Source of the DNA: Terriglobales bacterium
GTDB lineage: Bacteria; Acidobacteriota; Terriglobia; Terriglobales; Acidobacteriaceae
Length of the DNA stretch: 64,000 nt
Direction: 5' to 3'
NCBI GenBank assembly: GCA_025934025.1
Contig: JAICYU010000001.1
Location: forward strand, 587-64,586
Shown: piece by piece, positions 61,974-64,000 of the stretch
How the letters are laid out: every line of letters starts with the position of its first letter
Position numbering within the stretch: the first letter of the stretch is position 1
Notes under the pieces: generated by a model
Seen by the model: only the letters and a program-made list of their open reading frames with translations
Told to the model about the DNA's origin: nothing
Database searches by the model: none
Made by a program: the position numbers and the translations under genes

Positions 61974-62041
61974 CTGGTGATCGGGTCCTGGGAGAATTTT
62001 GGTTAGAGCCTCAGATTGATTCAGATGCTCGATGAACCGAT
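61948..62041. promoter_or_regulatory. three copies of ATCGGTTCATC (two direct, one inverted) in the comF/OPT divergent region
   Basis: ATCGGTTCATCTG occurs at 61948-61960 and 61964-61976. The inverted copy GATGAACCGAT lies at 62031-62041. Confidence 0.4.
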
Positions 62042-62131
62042 GGCCCCATCACCCGATTCTCATTTGTATTGCCTGCGCTGATATGCTACCTTGCGGCGAT
62101 TCAAGCAAAAACAGTCAGCGGGGAGGCAAGC

Positions 62132-64000
62132 GTGGCGGAGATTCAGGAAGCCAGAGAAGTCAGAATTGCGGAACCCAAGTTCCAGCCGTATGTGCCGCCG
62201 GGCGAGATTCGTCCTGAATTCACCTTCCGCGCCATCTTCTTTGGTGGACTGTTTGGCATCCTTTTTGGCGCTGTAACGGTTTACGTTGGCTTGCGCGCCG
62301 GGCTGACGGTTTCAGCTTCCATCCCGATTGCGGTGCTCTCCATCAGCGTGCTGCGCGCTCTGGGCAAGGCCAGCATTCTTGAAAACAATATCGTGCAGAC
62401 CACTGGATCGGCGGGCGAATCGGTGGCTGGCGGCGTCATCTTTACTCTGCCCGCGCTGATCTTCCTCGGCTTTCCTCTGGAATACGCGCGCATCTTTCTT
62501 CTGGCATTCATCGGAGGCTGGCTGGGCGTGCTCTTTATGATTCCGTTGCGGCGTCAGCTCATTGTAAAAGAGCACGGCAACCTTCTTTATCCCGAAGGGA
62601 CCGCCTGCGCCGATGTGCTGATTGCCGGGGATAAGGGCGGATCATTTGCCGGCCGCGTCTTTGCCGGGCTAGGACTGGGCGCGCTCTACACGCTCTTCCA
62701 GAACGAGAACATGTTTGCGCTCTGGCCCAGCACGCCGGATTATTCTCCGAACTGGTTTCCCGGATCCTCCATCCGCGCCAACACCACTTCGGAATACCTT
62801 GGCGTCGGCTACATCATCGGGCCGCGCATTGCGGGCGTGATTTTTTCCGGCGGCGTGTTCGCGTGGCTGGTGGTGATGCCGGCCATCAAGTTCTTCGGCT
62901 CCCATGTGCCGGGAGCCATCTTTCCCGGAACTATGCCCATTTCCCAGATGAGTACCGACCAGATTTATGGCGCTTACATTCGCCCCATGGGTGCAGGCGC
63001 GGTTGCGGCAGCCGGCCTGATCACGTTGTTGCGAACGATTCCTACCATCATTGGCGCGTTGCGGGCCGGAGCGAAAGACCTGGCCAAAGGCGCGGCAGGA
63101 GCCGCCGGGCAACGACGGACAGACAATGACATCAGCCTGAAGTGGGCGCTGCTGGGTGCTGGCGTTTTGCTGGTAATTATGTGGGCCATGCTCACCTGGT
63201 TCCCCATCAAGAACGCGGAAACGTTCGGGATGAACAACTTCTTGGCCGCGATTCTGGTGGTTGTATTCGGCTTCCTGTTCGTAACCGTCTCCTCGCGTAT
63301 TACCGGACTGATCGGCAGTTCGTCGAATCCAATTTCCGGAATGGCGATTGCTACTCTGATGGCCACATGCGCCATGTTCCTGGTGATGGGTTGGACGGCG
63401 GTTGCGTTCTCGGCGCTGGCCATCACGATTGGCGGCGTGGTCTGTATTGCTTCCGCCAACGCGGGCAATACCTCGCAGGACTTGAAAACCGGATTCCTGG
63501 TCGGCGCTACTCCCGCCAAACAGCAGCTTGCGCTGATGGTGGGGGTAACGGTCTCGGTCTTCGCCATTGGCCTGACGTTGAACCTGATGAACAGCGCGCT
63601 CGAAGAATTCCGCCCGGCGAACATCGCCATTGATGTCCACAACCTGCCGACCGGCGTGACGCAATACTCAGGAAAGTTTGAGCGCACCACGGTTCCGGTA
63701 GCTCCCGCAAAAGGTCCGGATGCGAACGCCGCTCCGCAAGCTGCGCAGGAAGAATCGGTGCAGGGCATGACGCTCTACACCTCAATCAACTCACCCACGG
63801 TCCCGAACGGCTACTACTTTTTCAACCCGCGGACGCAGAAATTCGAGATTCAGTGGATTCAGGGTATTGGCAGCGCTCGCGCCGCTGCGCCGCAGGCACA
63901 GTTGATGGCCACGGTGATCAACGGCATCCTGCAGCGCCGTCTGCCGTGGGGGCTGATCCTGCTGGGCGTTTTTCTGGTGATTGGAGTGGAGCTGCTGGGG
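62132..64000 (+). CDS. OPT family oligopeptide transporter (N-terminal 623 codons; runs off the right edge)
   Basis: The ORF is absent from the ORF track because it has no stop. The GTG at 62132 lies 5 nt after GGGAGG. My translation reads (M)AEIQEAREVRIAEPKFQPYVPPGEIRPEFTFRAIFFGGLFGILFGAVTVYVGLRAGLTVSASIPIAVLSISVL...IVQTTGSAGESVAGGVIFTLPAL...SSSNPISGMAIATL...NAGNTSQDLKTGFLVGATP. These are typical OPT-superfamily motifs. Confidence 0.8.
   Translation, partial: MAEIQEAREVRIAEPKFQPYVPPGEIRPEFTFRAIFFGGLFGILFGAVTVYVGLRAGLTVSASIPIAVLSISVLRALGKASILENNIVQTTGSAGESVAGGVIFTLPALIFLGFPLEYARIFLLAFIGGWLGVLFMIPLRRQLIVKEHGNLLYPEGTACADVLIAGDKGGSFAGRVFAGLGLGALYTLFQNENMFALWPSTPDYSPNWFPGSSIRANTTSEYLGVGYIIGPRIAGVIFSGGVFAWLVVMPAIKFFGSHVPGAIFPGTMPISQMSTDQIYGAYIRPMGAGAVAAAGLITLLRTIPTIIGALRAGAKDLAKGAAGAAGQRRTDNDISLKWALLGAGVLLVIMWAMLTWFPIKNAETFGMNNFLAAILVVVFGFLFVTVSSRITGLIGSSSNPISGMAIATLMATCAMFLVMGWTAVAFSALAITIGGVVCIASANAGNTSQDLKTGFLVGATPAKQQLALMVGVTVSVFAIGLTLNLMNSALEEFRPANIAIDVHNLPTGVTQYSGKFERTTVPVAPAKGPDANAAPQAAQEESVQGMTLYTSINSPTVPNGYYFFNPRTQKFEIQWIQGIGSARAAAPQAQLMATVINGILQRRLPWGLILLGVFLVIGVELLG

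Overview
This is 64 kb of a high-GC bacterial chromosome. It looks like roughly 58-60% GC by eye; I did not compute it. The gene content includes many secreted carboxypeptidase-regulatory-like, TPR and TonB-C proteins, a futalosine-pathway MqnC/E gene, a PNGase A/H+-type amidase, and GT39 and GT21 membrane glycosyltransferases. That mix suggests Acidobacteriota, which is an inference. About 60 protein-coding genes are densely packed and many are translationally coupled by 1-17 nt overlaps. I saw no rRNA, tRNA, CRISPR array, transposase or integrase. Recognisable housekeeping genes are thiE (partial), a glnA-like gene, rpsA, queF, pgsA, glmM, efp, acyP, apt, rlmD, coaX, birA, nadC, valS, rpe, bamD and comF, plus a partial OPT transporter at the right edge. 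The most noteworthy observations are these. (1) A Bcp/PrxQ peroxiredoxin has an in-frame TGA exactly at the peroxidatic-Cys position, followed by a SECIS-like hairpin, so it is a probable selenoprotein that ORF callers truncate. (2) An uncharacterised two-gene cassette pairs a zinc metallopeptidase (HEAGH) with a Ddl-like ATP-grasp ligase that carries a KR-rich insert, with a convergent kinase-like gene next to it. (3) An orphan LysW-like zinc-ribbon protein has a genomically encoded poly-Asp/Glu tail, and its coding DNA is re-read in another frame as the basic N-region of the next gene; two secreted beta-sandwich proteins follow. (4) A secreted protein is built of four cyanovirin-N-like half-domain repeats, and a PNGase A/H+-like amidase lies elsewhere in the window. 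(5) EF-P has Asn at the position of the normally modified Lys/Arg. (6) A rhomboid homologue lacking all catalytic residues is translationally coupled to an M28 peptidase. (7) An XRE-HTH plus nucleotidyltransferase pair looks like a toxin-antitoxin or abortive-infection module. (8) A triple ATCGGTTCATC motif sits in the comF/OPT divergent region. All family assignments come from motif recognition by eye, and no database search was run.
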